This document shows, one piece after another, positions 13,652 through 27,712 of a stretch of 61,022 bases of DNA (the stretch's first letter is position 1; each line of letters starts with the position of its first letter). The position numbers and the translations under genes were made by a program. Source of the stretch: Octopus sinensis (taxonomy: Eukaryota); the NCBI RefSeq assembly GCF_006345805.1, contig NW_021834508.1, positions 1 to 61,022 of the forward strand, read 5' to 3'. The notes under the pieces are model-generated. The model saw only the letters and a list, made by a program, of their open reading frames with translations, searched no databases and was not told the DNA's origin.

Positions 13652-14201
13652 ATATATTTATATATATATATATATATAATACGAAATGGGACAAGAACGC
13701 AAAACATTCAGATGGACGATACAAAAACACGGACGGGTCATTCGAAGCCTTCTATCCTCAGTCAAGAACCGGATCATCCTCACAATTTTGGCTGATTAAT
13801 CTTGCGATTGCTCCAATCTGGCCAGCCCCAAAGAAAGACTAAACTAAGAGCATAAGATTCCTTGGAAGAAATCATCGAATGTATACGAAAACAAGGACGG
13901 AAAAGCAGACGATGTTACACGAATATAAATACAAAATACAATAAAAATAATAATAACAGGACATAACAACAGGTGTCTTTCGACTGGGAACGAATTGAAT
14001 TCAGCTGGCGTGTGTGGAAATGAAGCCTTACGACAGATATACAAAGCTTTCACAAACACAGGGAAGAATATCGATGTTGCACTGACCACGGTCAGACGCA
14101 AAAAGAGGGCTAGCAGTCTGGCCTATTGGTCACGTGCGAAGAGAAGAGATAGAAAAACAGTTAACTCGTTTTGGCTGATATACCCAACGCCATATGCCCA
14201 C

Positions 14202-14277
14202 GGGCATACGGCGTAGTGGTTAAGAGCGCGGGCCACTAACCCTAAGATTCCGAGTTCGATTCCAGTCAGTGACCTGA
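14202..14277 (+). mobile_element. Short tRNA-like SINE or tRNA pseudogene with a (TAA)n tail
   Basis: GGGCATACGGCGTAGTGGTTAAGAGCGCG..GAGTTCGATTCC (A and B boxes), no proper acceptor stem, followed by (AAT)n. Confidence 0.7.
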
Positions 14278-14291
14278 ATAATAATAATAAT

Positions 14292-14330
<39 letters not shown>

Positions 14331-14334
<4 letters not shown>

Positions 14335-14543
14335 GTAATCTCAAGGTTTATAAATAAAAATAAATGTAATCTCAAGGTTTAAAACAAACATTTTTTTTAG
14401 ACATTCGCTAGCACAACACAAAAAACAACCAAATATATGGCACACTAGGCATAACAACAACGTGAACTTCCAACCTGTTGTCTCTTGAGGTCTCCGGCTG
14501 AGACCTGGAGTCAACTTGTACAAATATAAAGCAAAAGTCAAAC

Positions 14544-14546
<3 letters not shown>
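14331..14546 (+). mobile_element. Probable 3' UTR of a Dong/R4-like element inserted in (TAA)n
   Basis: A-rich complex sequence flanked on both sides by (TAA)n, with a short 5' duplication (AAATGTAATCTCAAGGTTTA twice). Confidence 0.45.
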
Positions 14547-14617
<71 letters not shown>

Positions 14618-15135
14618 TTTCGATAAAGGGACAAAGAAGAGAAAAATGGAGCAAAACCAAAAACTAGTTAAGAAAGTTAAAAAAAATATATGTGGTCGCA
14701 CAAAATGGCAGTCGCCATTAATAAATCCACAATTGTTTGAATACCAAAAGAGCTAAAACCGGAGAAATCAATAGGATAGAAGCCGATGCATATCACCCTA
14801 GGTTGACAGATATTACCCCTTATTGATTTTGTTACAGATTCCTGGCCAAAGGAATGGTGACGTCATAGAAATATCAAAACGCATTGAGTGGAACTATAAA
14901 GGCAGGCAACTCAATGAGGCGTAAGTCTGTACACGATTAACCGGAAGCACACACGCACGCGTCTGTACGCCTTGTTACGCGTTTCACACGTCACACAGGA
15001 AGTGACAGGGATATTTTTATTTGTACAAACATCAGTAGGTGTATATATGTATGACAATACATATGAATTCTTTTGTGAAAATGTATGAAGAAGGGTGTGT
15101 GTGTGTGTGTGTGTGTGACCGAGGCATGTGTATGT

Positions 15136-15214
<79 letters not shown>

Positions 15215-15247
15215 GTGTGTATACAAACATGTCTCCAATTATATACA

Positions 15248-15281
<34 letters not shown>

Positions 15282-15351
15282 CATACATACATACATACAT
15301 ACATACATACATACATACATACAAACATATGTATAGTCTTTCCTTATCTCA

Positions 15352-15720
15352 AAGGCGGCGAGCTGGCAGAAACGTTAGCACGCCGGGTGAAATGCGTAGC
15401 CGTATTTCGTCTGCCGTTACGTTGTGAGTTCAAATTCCGCCGAGGTCGACTTTGCCTTTCATCTTTTCGGGGTCGATAAATTAAGTACCAGTTACCCACT
15501 AAGGTCGATGTAATCGACTTAATCCGTTTGTCTGTCCTTGTTTGTCCCCTCTATGTGGGTTGTAAAGAAATAGGTATTTCCTTTGTGTTTACGTTCTGAG
15601 TTCAAATTACGCCGAGGTCGAATTTGCCTTTCATTCTTTCGGGGTCGATAAATTAAGTACCAGTTGCGTACTGTGTCGATCTAATCCACTAGACCCCTCC
15701 CCCAAAATTTCTAGAGTAGA
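15352..15720 (+). mobile_element. SINE family B dimer
   Basis: AAGGCGGCGAGCTGGCAGAAACGTTAGC head; a second body is joined at AAAGAAATA|GGTATTTC. Confidence 0.85.
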
Positions 15721-15724
15721 AGTG

Positions 15725-16102
15725 ATTTGATTGCGGCCATGCTGGTGCACTGCCTTTAGGCGAAAACATGGACCCCAAGACTTGATAGTTGTAAACCTAG
15801 TCCTTATTCGATCGGTCTCTTATGCCCAAGCTATAAGTTACGGGGACGTAAACACACCAACATCGGTTGTCAAGCGATGGTGATGGGACAGCCACAGACA
15901 CAAATACACACTCACACACACACACACACATATGTTTCAACGTGTTTTTTTAAAATCTCCGTCTACCAAATCCACTGTGTAGACTTTGGTCGGCCCGAGG
16001 CTATAGTAGAAGACAGTTGGCGAAGGTGACAAGTAGTGGGACTGAACCTGGAACTATGTGGTTAGGAAGAAAGTGCCTTACCACACAGCCACTCCTGCAC
16101 CT
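15725..16102 (-). mobile_element. Diverged SINE family A
   Basis: Colinear with family A but more substituted. Confidence 0.8.
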
Positions 16103-16364
16103 ATATATACATATATATGAGGTAATGGTGTCAAGAAGACCCAAAGGTGTCAGGTAATGGTAATTGCTATGGAAACACAATAGTTAAGCTACAGGTTCAG
16201 TGATTATGCAAATGAGGACCCCAACGTAGGTCATATATTAGCATACATACATATAAAAAAAGTAACAGAACAATTAAGCTTTAGGGTAAAGCGGCAGAGT
16301 AGAATATGAGTAGAATATGAAATAATGATTGAGAAAAGAACTGGAGTTACGTAATGACTTCATA

Positions 16365-16430
16365 AGCTTGTAGTTGTTTCTGCTACTTAGACTTGAATGT
16401 TTACGCGACAACTTATGGCTTCTTCAGATG
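16365..16430 (-). ncRNA. Degenerate hammerhead-like motif (CTGAAGAAGCC..GCAGAAAC type)
   Basis: Reverse strand CAT-CTGAAGA-AGCC..TAGCA-GAAAC-AACTACAAG. Same layout as 41214-41337 but stem III and the cleavage site are decayed. Confidence 0.35.
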
Positions 16431-16446
16431 AATACATGAATAAAAA

Positions 16447-16605
16447 CAGGAGTGGCTGTGTGGTAAGGAGCTTGCTTACAACCTCATGGTTCGGGTTTCA
16501 GTCCCACTGGGTGGCACCTTGGGCAAGTTTCTTGTACTATAGCCTCGGGCCGACCAAAGCCTTGTGAGTGGATTTGGTAGACGGAAACTGAAAGAAGCTC
16601 GTCGG

Positions 16606-16636
<31 letters not shown>

Positions 16637-16900
16637 TGTATGTATGTATGTATGTATGTATGTATGTATGTATGTAGGTATGTATGTGTTTGTGTGTCTG
16701 TGTTTGTCCCCCCAGCATCGCTTGACAACGGATGCTGGTGTGTTTACTTCTCCGTAACTTAGCAGTTCGGCAAAAGAGACCGATAGAATAAGTACTAGGC
16801 TTACAAAGAATAAGTCCTGGGGTCGATTTGCTCGGCTAAAGTTGGTGCTCCAGCATGGCCGCAGTCGAATGACTGAAACAAATAAAAGAATAAAAGAATA
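16447..16900 (+). mobile_element. SINE family A with an internal (TATG)n expansion
   Basis: Head, CORE-like motif and tail match the other copies. Confidence 0.88.
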
Positions 16901-16960
16901 AATAAATAATTTATATACATATATACACAAAAACACACGCACGCATTCGCGCACACACAC

Positions 16961-17330
16961 ATGGATTCACTGAAGCTCCGGCGTCTGGCGACGGATTTGG
17001 TAAACACCCACAAGGTTATCAACCACCTCACCAACAACAACAACACTGAACACCTTTTTGATCTCCATGTGTCTAACACACGTGGACATGCCTACAAAGC
17101 CAGAAAACAACACAGCTCCCATGACTTTCGGAAACATTTTTTCACGCTCAGGGTTGCTGAAGAGTGGAATAAACTGCCTGCGTCAGTTGTTGACTGCCAT
17201 GACACTGCATCCTTTAAGGCCCTCGTGCTTTCCGAAATCCGCCGAAACTACACCTGATTATATATACACTTTACATGAGTTGTAGTGCACCTGAGCACTG
17301 TACACAATTATTATTATTATTTATTATTAT
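16961..17330 (+). mobile_element. 5'-truncated CR1-group LINE (ORF2 C-terminus plus 3' UTR)
   Basis: SLKLRRLATDL..TRGHAYK..RKHFFTLRVAEEWNKLP..FK, a typical CR1 ORF2 end, with an (ATT)n tail. Confidence 0.88.
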
Positions 17331-18856
17331 ACACATGCATATATGAGCGTATGTTCTGATACGTAGATGAGTACGTAGATAAACACTGAAAATGTGTTTT
17401 TACATGTCCGGAGCTCAGGCTCGATCTTGGTCCCTTCGTTGTGGATGCACACCCTCGTAATTGTGTTTTCCATCATGAAAATCATCGATGAAAGTGATTA
17501 CAATTTAAGTGAACGGATCTTATTGTACATTTTCCAGTCTATTCTATCTCCTAAAATCAGTGGCCTTTCCAGATGCATTTCAAAATTGAATACAATATAT
17601 CAATTCGTAGTTGCAAAATACGAATTATTTGGGTGCCTGAGGATAGAAAATCTTAATTTGTTTTGCTAACAATTCACGGATTAGACGTAGCACGTTAAGA
17701 GGTGCGTTGCCTTAGTGAAACACCAAGCAAATTTCCTCAACCTAAGCCTCAAGCGTCTTTTCTTTGCCAACCCATACCCGAGTCCTTTATCAGTGTCAAT
17801 TCATATTTCAAGTCTGTCTCTTTGTTAATCCATTCCTTTGTAATCCTCGAGCCTCTTCCTTTCTTAATCTATTCTTTGCCAGTCTTAAAGTAAGTCTCCC
17901 TTCTTTGTCATTGTTAATCCATACCGAAGGCTTCTTTATTTGCTAATCGATGGCTCAGATCTTTGCTGGTGTTAATCGATAACTGAAGTCTCTTTGTCAG
18001 TCTAGAGAAAGTGAGTGACTCAACGTTATCATTTGACTGGTAAAAATAGCAGCCAAGTGTCTCTCGGCTGCTATTTCCACAGCGCATTCTGCTGTCTTAA
18101 AAATAGAAATAAACATTTGATAATGTATTCTTAGGTGCATTATTCCTGTAAATAATCTGGAGTGTCACACCTTGATCAGCGTTGCACTGAACTGTTCTTT
18201 TTTCACGAATGTGACTCGGAGCTAAACAAGAGCAGCAGAACACAGCATTATCATGACAAAGGGGCCTTTGAACTTGGTTCTTTGTCACCACACCTTAACA
18301 CCTCTGCCACTACAAACCAGTGAGGAATCCTTTACGCGACTGGTTGAAAATAGCAGGCAAATGATCATCATGTCACTTCTTGCCCTTTTGGTAAAGAGTA
18401 ATTCAAGCTGATTAACGTGTGCGGCAGGGATCCGGGTCTGAAAATACGGAAAGCCACAAGTGTAACAATGTTTATCTTAGGTTTCATTCAATGTCGCTTC
18501 TCGCTTCTTAAACATCATCAAAAATAAAAATAAAGACAGCAACAGCAAATAGAAGAACAAGTAAAGCAGCAAAGTTAATATAAACCTGGAGGTAATTTTC
18601 CCAAGGAAATAAATTGGGTTGGCCACGGATGGAATTGCTTTGTTTCTAAGTTTGCTAGATTAAGCTGCGCAACAGAAATACGTAACAAAATAAGGAAAAC
18701 AGCATCAATGTAGGTGTAGGCACACTTTACCTTAAAAAAATTGGGTGGTCACATTTGGAACGCTTACGATTAAAGGTCTGATTGATTATGTTGTTGCAGA
18801 CATAAACAATAACTGCAGCCGCAGAAGCTAGATCAAGAATAACTATAATAATAATG

Positions 18857-18892
<36 letters not shown>

Positions 18893-18893
18893 T

Positions 18894-18961
<68 letters not shown>

Positions 18962-19070
18962 CAGCAATAATAATGATCATGATAATGATGGGGATAATAA
19001 TAATGATGACAAGAATAATAATAATGATAAATATAAAAAAAAAATTAATAATAATAATAATAATAATTAA

Positions 19071-19124
<54 letters not shown>

Positions 19125-20036
19125 GTAGTATTTGTTGCATAGAGTTTTATTTTAAACGGGAATGGTCACGAACGGAACTCTTTTGATCATATGTCCAGTT
19201 GATCGCGAGCTTTCCGAGCCTAAGCCACAAGATCAAACGACAGCGGCAGCGCCCTCACCTTCACTTCTACAATTGTCCACAACAAGACCGACAACAATGG
19301 AAACCAAGAAACAACAACAACAACGACAAGGAAAAGAACAATATCACGAACATAAAGATTAACAAAACAAGACCACTATCAACAAGATTCTTCCTTGAAG
19401 GAATGAAAAAAGAATGGCGTAAGAGAAATCCGTAACATTTACCGTTTGTGTAAGGAACGTTGAAAAGATGCACAAAAGAAAATCGCCATGTTTATGATTT
19501 TGCGCAATGATTACATTATCTGTCATCCTCACTCACAGCAACAATAATACACAATAATAGACTTAACCAGGCATTTGGTTTATTGTAACAGAATCTTTGT
19601 CGAAGATAAATTTGCTTTTATTCATGCCGTAACGTGCTTTTGTGACCTTTTCTTAAAGTTTAAAGCTCGACTTGTTCAAATCGAGAAGTTGCGGAAGATT
19701 GTTTGCATTCCTTTTATGTAATTGTGAATTCTGTTGCGTAGTTGTGTATCGAGATGGTTAAAAATAACGGAGATAAATGAATATAAAATGATGTTGTAGA
19801 TGTGAAGACAAAGGAAGATAAATTCCAAAGGATTTGAACTTCCAACCTAGGCATCCGATTGTAATTGCATCATCATCCTGCATAGATTTATAAGAATTAC
19901 AGAACGACCGGCGTTTGATATTTATAGCTTATTATTCTGACACACGTACATTAAGTGCATTTCATAGTTAGCAAAGAAGTCGATGTAACCTGGCATCTAA
20001 TATGCATAACAAAATCTCGTATGTACGTATGTAAAT

Positions 20037-21130
20037 ACTAGCTGTTGGACCCGGCGTTGCTCGTGTTTTCCGAGTTGAAGTTAATCCCACCTATGGACCT
20101 TGTATTGAAATCTTCTACGTTCCCAGTGCTAACTATCACTCATTAAGATGTTATATCTGGTTCAACAGGGATTTTACCCGGTTAATGCTTTCAACACACT
20201 CCTACATATCGGACCGTCTGAAATCGCAGTCAAACTTTTGGGAGTACCCCGACCCGTTGAGAGTGATGTTTGTTTATTTCTCTCCCCATAATTCCACCCT
20301 CTAAGCAAAATTAATCAGCGTGTCCAAGCTCAGTAAAATCCAAAGACAAGCAGTATGGTTATGTCGTAAAATAGAATCTATGTGACTATTTACATGAAAA
20401 TATCCCATTGACTTTTAACTCTTAAAACATTATATGAATAATCGATGTTTCATATGTCGACGTGCTTAATTTTACTCATGGGTCAATTTTCTTGAAAATC
20501 AGTTCATTATTTTATTGTGAGTGAATTTTGACGATTCCTGCCTTTCACCAGATTAATTTTAATTCTACTATACGACTCCGACCATAAACCTTACCTAAAT
20601 TTAAAATTTCATCAAAATCAGATGAATTCTGTAAATAAAATATTAATCCTATGGGTAATTGCATACCAAAGCATATTGATTTCTTAAAATCCCTCGCTTA
20701 CGCGCAATTAACTATTTTTTGTCAACTCTACATGCTGGCACCAACTAATGGACATGAACTGTAAAATTTCTACAAAATCGATAAGAATGTTTCTAAGGAA
20801 ATGCTTATTTGCATTTGTGCCCCTTTCAAGCCCTTTTGAATTAAATAAATACCTTTACCGTCTCCCCCACCACAAAATGTACCTACATCTCAAATTTCAT
20901 AAAAATCGGATAAAAAATATAAAAGGTATGGCCAACAATGAAATCACTAAGGGGGTTTGCACGCAAAAAGCCCGGTGATTTTATAAAATCACTGCTCATG
21001 CGCAATTAGCGATTTTTTTTTTTTTTGCCAACACCATATACTGCCATTAACTCACTTGCTATGAGCCTCACCCACTCATCGATTTTCATAAAAATCGCAC
21101 AAAATATATAAAAGCTCTAGGAAAAATATT
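20037..21130 (-). mobile_element. Helitron-like non-autonomous element (distal boundary uncertain)
   Basis: The reverse strand ends ..CGAGCAACGCCGGGTCCAACAG-CTAG|T (GC-rich subterminal segment plus CTAG-T). Internal AAATTTCAT(C/A)AAAATC(G/A)G-like motifs recur. Confidence 0.5.
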
Positions 21131-22090
21131 TTCTCGATTTATTTTCGAATATTTTCTCGATTTATCGACACCGAAACAATGAAAGGCAGAGGAAACTTCC
21201 GAGAAATTTGAACACAGAATGTAAAACCGACCAAGCCTTTTGTCTGGTGTTTCGTCTAATAATTCTGCCAAACCTCTGTCATTTTAATTACCATAATTGT
21301 ACCAAGCTGTAGAGTTTGATAGTGAATCTCTGCATAATGAATTCAAGATGGACACAAATAGCAGAAGAATCGTGAATAAAATGGTACTTGAATGGGAATC
21401 ATGAAAGGAATAGCAAGATCCATAGTAATGATGGTAATTGTGGTTTTAACATTGGAAATGATAGTCAAAGCGAACTCAGCAGCGAATAACGAACTGGAAG
21501 AAGCATGCGTCAAGTCCGATCAAACCTTTGTCTGTGTGTGTCTTTGTTTCTTTGCTTGTGTGTGAGTGTGAGTGTGTGTGTGTGTGTGTGTATGTGTGTG
21601 TGTGTGTATCTCTTCTAAGTACATCTGCGCAGTATGTGAAAAAATATTCAAGTATATAAAGAATATGTCAGTATGTCAGTATGTGACTATACAGATATAT
21701 AAATGGGTGCGTATGTGAATGTCTGTGTGTGTGTATTTGCGTGTGTGTGTATTTGCGTGTGTGTGTATAGGTGTGGCTCTATGTGTATCTGCGTGTCTGT
21801 ATTTGTGTGTGTGTGTGTATACATACCTGAAAATGGCACAGATATGTGCATGCATATGCAGAGATATTTAGGTAAATATATATCCACCCACATATATCTG
21901 TATACGACTGTGTACGTGTATGTGTGTATATGTGTGTCTGTATGTGCGTATCTATGTCTATAAACGTATAGCTTTATATACACGCTCTTATATATACATA
22001 TATATATGTGTATATATATATATATACATATAAATATGTGTACATACATATATACATATAAATATATATACTATATATATATACATATAT

Positions 22091-22137
<47 letters not shown>

Positions 22138-22153
22138 TTATACATATATATAC

Positions 22154-22201
<48 letters not shown>

Positions 22202-22694
22202 AATCTGAAACGATCTATCGATTACGTCTGTGTGTCACTACAGTACCCATTTTACTCCATGTCTCTCCGTATGGATACACGGACACAACCACCAAAGCAC
22301 GCATACACTTTAGCACATGCGCTCTCATAAACTCTTACACCCACACACACACGCACACGCACGCACTTACCAATTGATATGCAGCCATACTCCTAAGTGA
22401 ATGACATATCACATAATGCTGTGTTGACATTTGTTCTTCCGGTCAATGTCAGATCAAATGCTGATATGTTCCTGCCTTTTCCGGCGCAAAACAGAAACTT
22501 TATATACACGGGGATATCTACATGTCTATATCTATATCAACATAATATATATATACACATTAATTTATGTATATATATATATATATAATATATATATATA
22601 TTATATATATATATATATATATACTATATATACCTATATATGCCTATCTATATATATATATATATATTTACATATATATATATATATACATATG

Positions 22695-22756
<62 letters not shown>

Positions 22757-22791
22757 CAATATGTATATATATATATATGTATCATATATAC

Positions 22792-22843
<52 letters not shown>

Positions 22844-22979
22844 TATATATTTATATATTATACAGACAAACAAACATATGAATATCTACTTATAAATAGT
22901 ATACGTATATGTATGATGAGTGTATATGTCTGCGTGTGTAGCATGCTGCAAAACGTTCTATACATATTTATCAATATGT

Positions 22980-23021
<42 letters not shown>

Positions 23022-23057
23022 TTATATATTATCACACATAGATAAATGGAAAGTTAC

Positions 23058-23094
<37 letters not shown>

Positions 23095-23402
23095 GTATGT
23101 ATATATGTATATATATGTATATATATATCATCATCATTTTCTACACGTTCAATGAGATTGCTGACCAAATGTTAAAGCAATACCCTCAAGCTTATGACTC
23201 TCTGTTTATTCTATATCAGTGAATATATGTCTTTCTTTTTTACTTATTTTGTTTATATATATTAAGCCGCCATGTCAATATGGATTAGGCTTTCTACAGA
23301 TATAACATTATTAGAAAACGCTGAGTGTTCAACACGGATACAGACTTGCTTATATTGAAGCATGTCTATATATATATATATACATATTTTATTTATACAT
23401 AT

Positions 23403-23448
<46 letters not shown>

Positions 23449-23458
23449 CATACATATA

Positions 23459-23513
<55 letters not shown>

Positions 23514-23732
23514 CATATATATACACACATAATATATATATACACACATATATATACATAAATAAATATAGAATGCATATATACATACGTTTATGTACAT
23601 ACTTACATCTATACGTGTGTATATATATATATTATATATATATATGCATATGTGGGCAGATGTAAGTATGTACACATTCGTATGTATATATGCATAATAT
23701 ATATGAACGCCACGCAGCCTCTTCCAAGTATA

Positions 23733-23778
<46 letters not shown>

Positions 23779-23905
23779 ATATATATATATTATATATATA
23801 TATACATACATATATAACACATATATATATATACACACATATATATACATAAATAATATATATGCATATATACATTTTACGTTTATGTATACTACATCTA
23901 TACGT

Positions 23906-23947
<42 letters not shown>

Positions 23948-24999
23948 TATGTGGGCAGATGTAAGTATGTACACATACGCATGTATATATGCATATATAT
24001 ATATGAACGCCACGCAGCCTCTTCCAAGTATATATATATATATAAATTATATATATATATATATTATATATATATATATAATATATATATATATTATATA
24101 TATATATCCATATATCTACATGCATTTATAAATATATGCAAAAAACACACACGCAAACACACACACAATCACACCCACACCCACATCCATATATATATAT
24201 ATATATATACTCATATATGGAGATGTCTATGTATAGATGGTATGTAGATAGACGCATGCCCAAACGCAGACACGGAGACATTTAACGAAGTGCATACAAA
24301 CACAAACACTCACCACGGAACGCACGCACACACGTAATACATCCTCTTTTGTAAGTAGACTGCACTTGTAGGCAAAGTATATTTTCGTATCTATTTCTCA
24401 TTTAATAAAAACAAGTGCACGAAAACACCCACATGCACGCGCATACACACACACAGACACACACAAACAGACACACATATACACACATATACAAAAACAC
24501 ACACAGGCACACTCCATTTCTTCTCCATTCTACTAATAGATACAACCATATTCTCACGCACACTAGTATGATACTCACGTGCTTCCATAGTGCCACATGC
24601 AATCTCTGCGCATTTCATACGTGAAGATACGAATGTTGCGCATGCGCTTTCGAATATTGCCGATATACGTTGCATTCATAAACTTAATAACATTGTCATG
24701 ATTACGCCTAAGTATATATTCATACGTATACACACAGACACACACACACGCGCACACACGCACACACACACACTGACACATGCACACCAACACACATTTC
24801 TAATATGCAAATGTATACTAAAAATCTATGGCTCCTATTATTACAGAGTCACTTAAACCACGCATATTACTTATATATACATATATATGTATTGATATGC
24901 ATATGCTTGTGTATATATATATATATGAGGATATGCATTTATATATGTATATATATATATATATATATGTATATGTATATGTATATATATATGTATATA

Positions 25000-25421
25000 T
25001 ACTCTTTACTCTTTTACTCTTTTACTTGTTTCAGTCATTTGACTGCGGCCATGCTGGAGCACCGCCTTTAGTCGATCAACTCGACCCCGGGACTTATTCT
25101 TTTTGTAAACCCAGTACTTATTCTATCGGTCTCTTTTTGCCGAACCGCTAAGTGACGGGGACGTAAACGCACCAGCATCGGTTGTCAAGCAATGCTAGGG
25201 GAACGAACACAGACACACAAACACACACACACATATATATATATATATACATATATACGACAGGCTTCTTTCAGTTTCCGTCTACCAAATCCACTCACAA
25301 GGCATTGGTCGGCCCGGGGCTATAGCAGAAGACACTTGCCCAAGATGCCACGCAGTGGGACTGAACCCGGAACCATGTGGCTGGTTAGCAAGCTACTTAC
25401 CACACAGCCACTCCTGCGCCT
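25000..25421 (-). mobile_element. SINE family A, followed by a degenerate partial copy at ~25450-25575
   Basis: Full-length match to the family. Confidence 0.9.
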
Positions 25422-26064
25422 ATATATATAAACACACACATTTCTATATAGGACGAGCTTCTTTCAGTTTCCATCTACCAATTTCACTCACACTTGTTTT
25501 AATTGGTACGAGACTACAGTAGAAGTCACTTGCCCAAGATGCCAAGCGACGGAACTGAATGTGGGACCATGTAGCTGCGAAGCAATCCTATGTATTTGTC
25601 CGTGTGCTTCTGTGCATGTGTGCAAGTGTATGTATGACTGTGTGTTCGCGTCTGTATGTCTGTGTGTTCGCGTCTGTATGTACACGTGTAGGGAGTTTAA
25701 CTATACGCATCAGTGGAATTTCCAATCTTTCTTCTTATTGTTTTGGTGTTTCAGAATATTTTTTTGTTTTTTTTTACCTCTGTCTCCCTTGGCTGTCTCC
25801 ATTTCATTTTATATTTTGTTTTTGTACATTGCTCAAACGCATCTCGGCATTCGTACGCTTGTACAGGGCTGCATACATCTACGTATGTGTGTATGCATGC
25901 ATGTATATACATATATATGTTTGTGTGTGTATGTGTATGTGTGTGTTTGCTTAAGCATATCTGCGTATGTATACAGAGTGAGAGACTGCGCGATACTAGT
26001 TCATATATATACAAATACACACACACACACATATATATATATATATTGATATGTAAATGTATAA

Positions 26065-26112
<48 letters not shown>

Positions 26113-26225
26113 GATATGTAAGTGTATAAATATATATCATATATACATATATATACACATATATATATTATATATTGATATTTACTTATATGTTATATAT
26201 ATATATTATATATATATCAATATGC

Positions 26226-26291
<66 letters not shown>

Positions 26292-26844
26292 GTGTGTGTG
26301 TGTGCACATAATTTATACATACCTATTTATGTCCCTATCTATTTATTTATCTTTCCATACTACTCTCTATCACTTTTCTGCTTCCATTTTCCCGTCTACT
26401 TATCTGTCTGTCTATGTGTCACCCTACCCTTTTGTTTAACCATGTATATATTTTACACACACACAAACTCATATACGTGTGTATGTAAGTATATGCAGAT
26501 CGACTTTAAACCATCTACGTAACGTACACCAACATAGCATCGTGTACAACTGCCGATCTCACCTAGTCCTGCCGCTTCACCACCGCATCCATCATACTCC
26601 ATGCTTATCAATCTGCTCCGCCCTACAGCACTCAACACTAACCTCTCAATGGAACCTACCTAAATATATAATGTTACTGTCTGTACAAACATTGTTCATT
26701 AGCATCTTACGTGAGTCGAACAAAAGAATCTTCTGTTAGCTGCAACTGTCCAAAGGGGATCCGTCCATAAACACTGTTGCGTGTTATCTACTATACATGC
26801 ACTCCACTATTATGTTTGTGCGACTTTCCCCTATGCGGCCTGAT

Positions 26845-27440
26845 GCATACATACATACATACATAGACATACATGCATACATACATGCTACATACATACA
26901 TACATACAATACATATGCATACATACATACAACATACATACATACTACATACATACATACATACATAATACATACATACATAATACATGCATACCATACA
27001 TACATACATACATACATACATACATACATACATACATAATACATACATACATACATTCATACATACTACATACAATACCCATTCATACATACATACATAC
27101 ATACATACATACATACATACATACATACATACAATACATACTCATACATACATCATACATACATTCATACATACACACATACATACATACATACATACAT
27201 ACATACATACATACATACATACATACACACATACATACTACATACATACTACATACATACATACATACATACATACATACTACATACATATACATACATA
27301 CATACATACCTACATACATACATTCATCACTACATACATACATACATACATACATACATACATACATACATACATCCATACACTACATAATATATACATA
27401 CATTCATACATCCATACATATGTGCATACATACATGCATA
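26845..27440. repeat. Degenerate (TACA)n microsatellite
   Basis: About 600 bp of CATA/TACA repeats. Confidence 0.95.
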
Positions 27441-27663
27441 GCAATGTACGTATGAATTTATATACATTTACGTGTATGTATAACACATATACGTATATGT
27501 ACATATATACTATATGGTAATATCGCATATATACATATGTATGTATATATGTATATATATAAATATATATATATATATGTATGTATGTGTATATATATGC
27601 ATGTATGTATAAACATACATATATTTAAATATATATGTATGTATACCAGCATATTATACATGC

Positions 27664-27712
<49 letters not shown>

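Noticed and set aside
13680-14170. (TA)n-adjacent module as another hammerhead carrier
   Set aside because: Only a lone CTGAGGA on the minus strand, without a convincing GAAA or stems; probably a repeat but unclassified.
14202-14277. Functional tRNA gene
   Set aside because: The acceptor stem does not pair, and it runs into a (TAA)n tail rather than a poly-T terminator.
17760-18005. Degenerate ~30-bp tandem repeat (CTTTG..GTTAATC.AT)
   Set aside because: Too decayed to define a unit or suggest a function.
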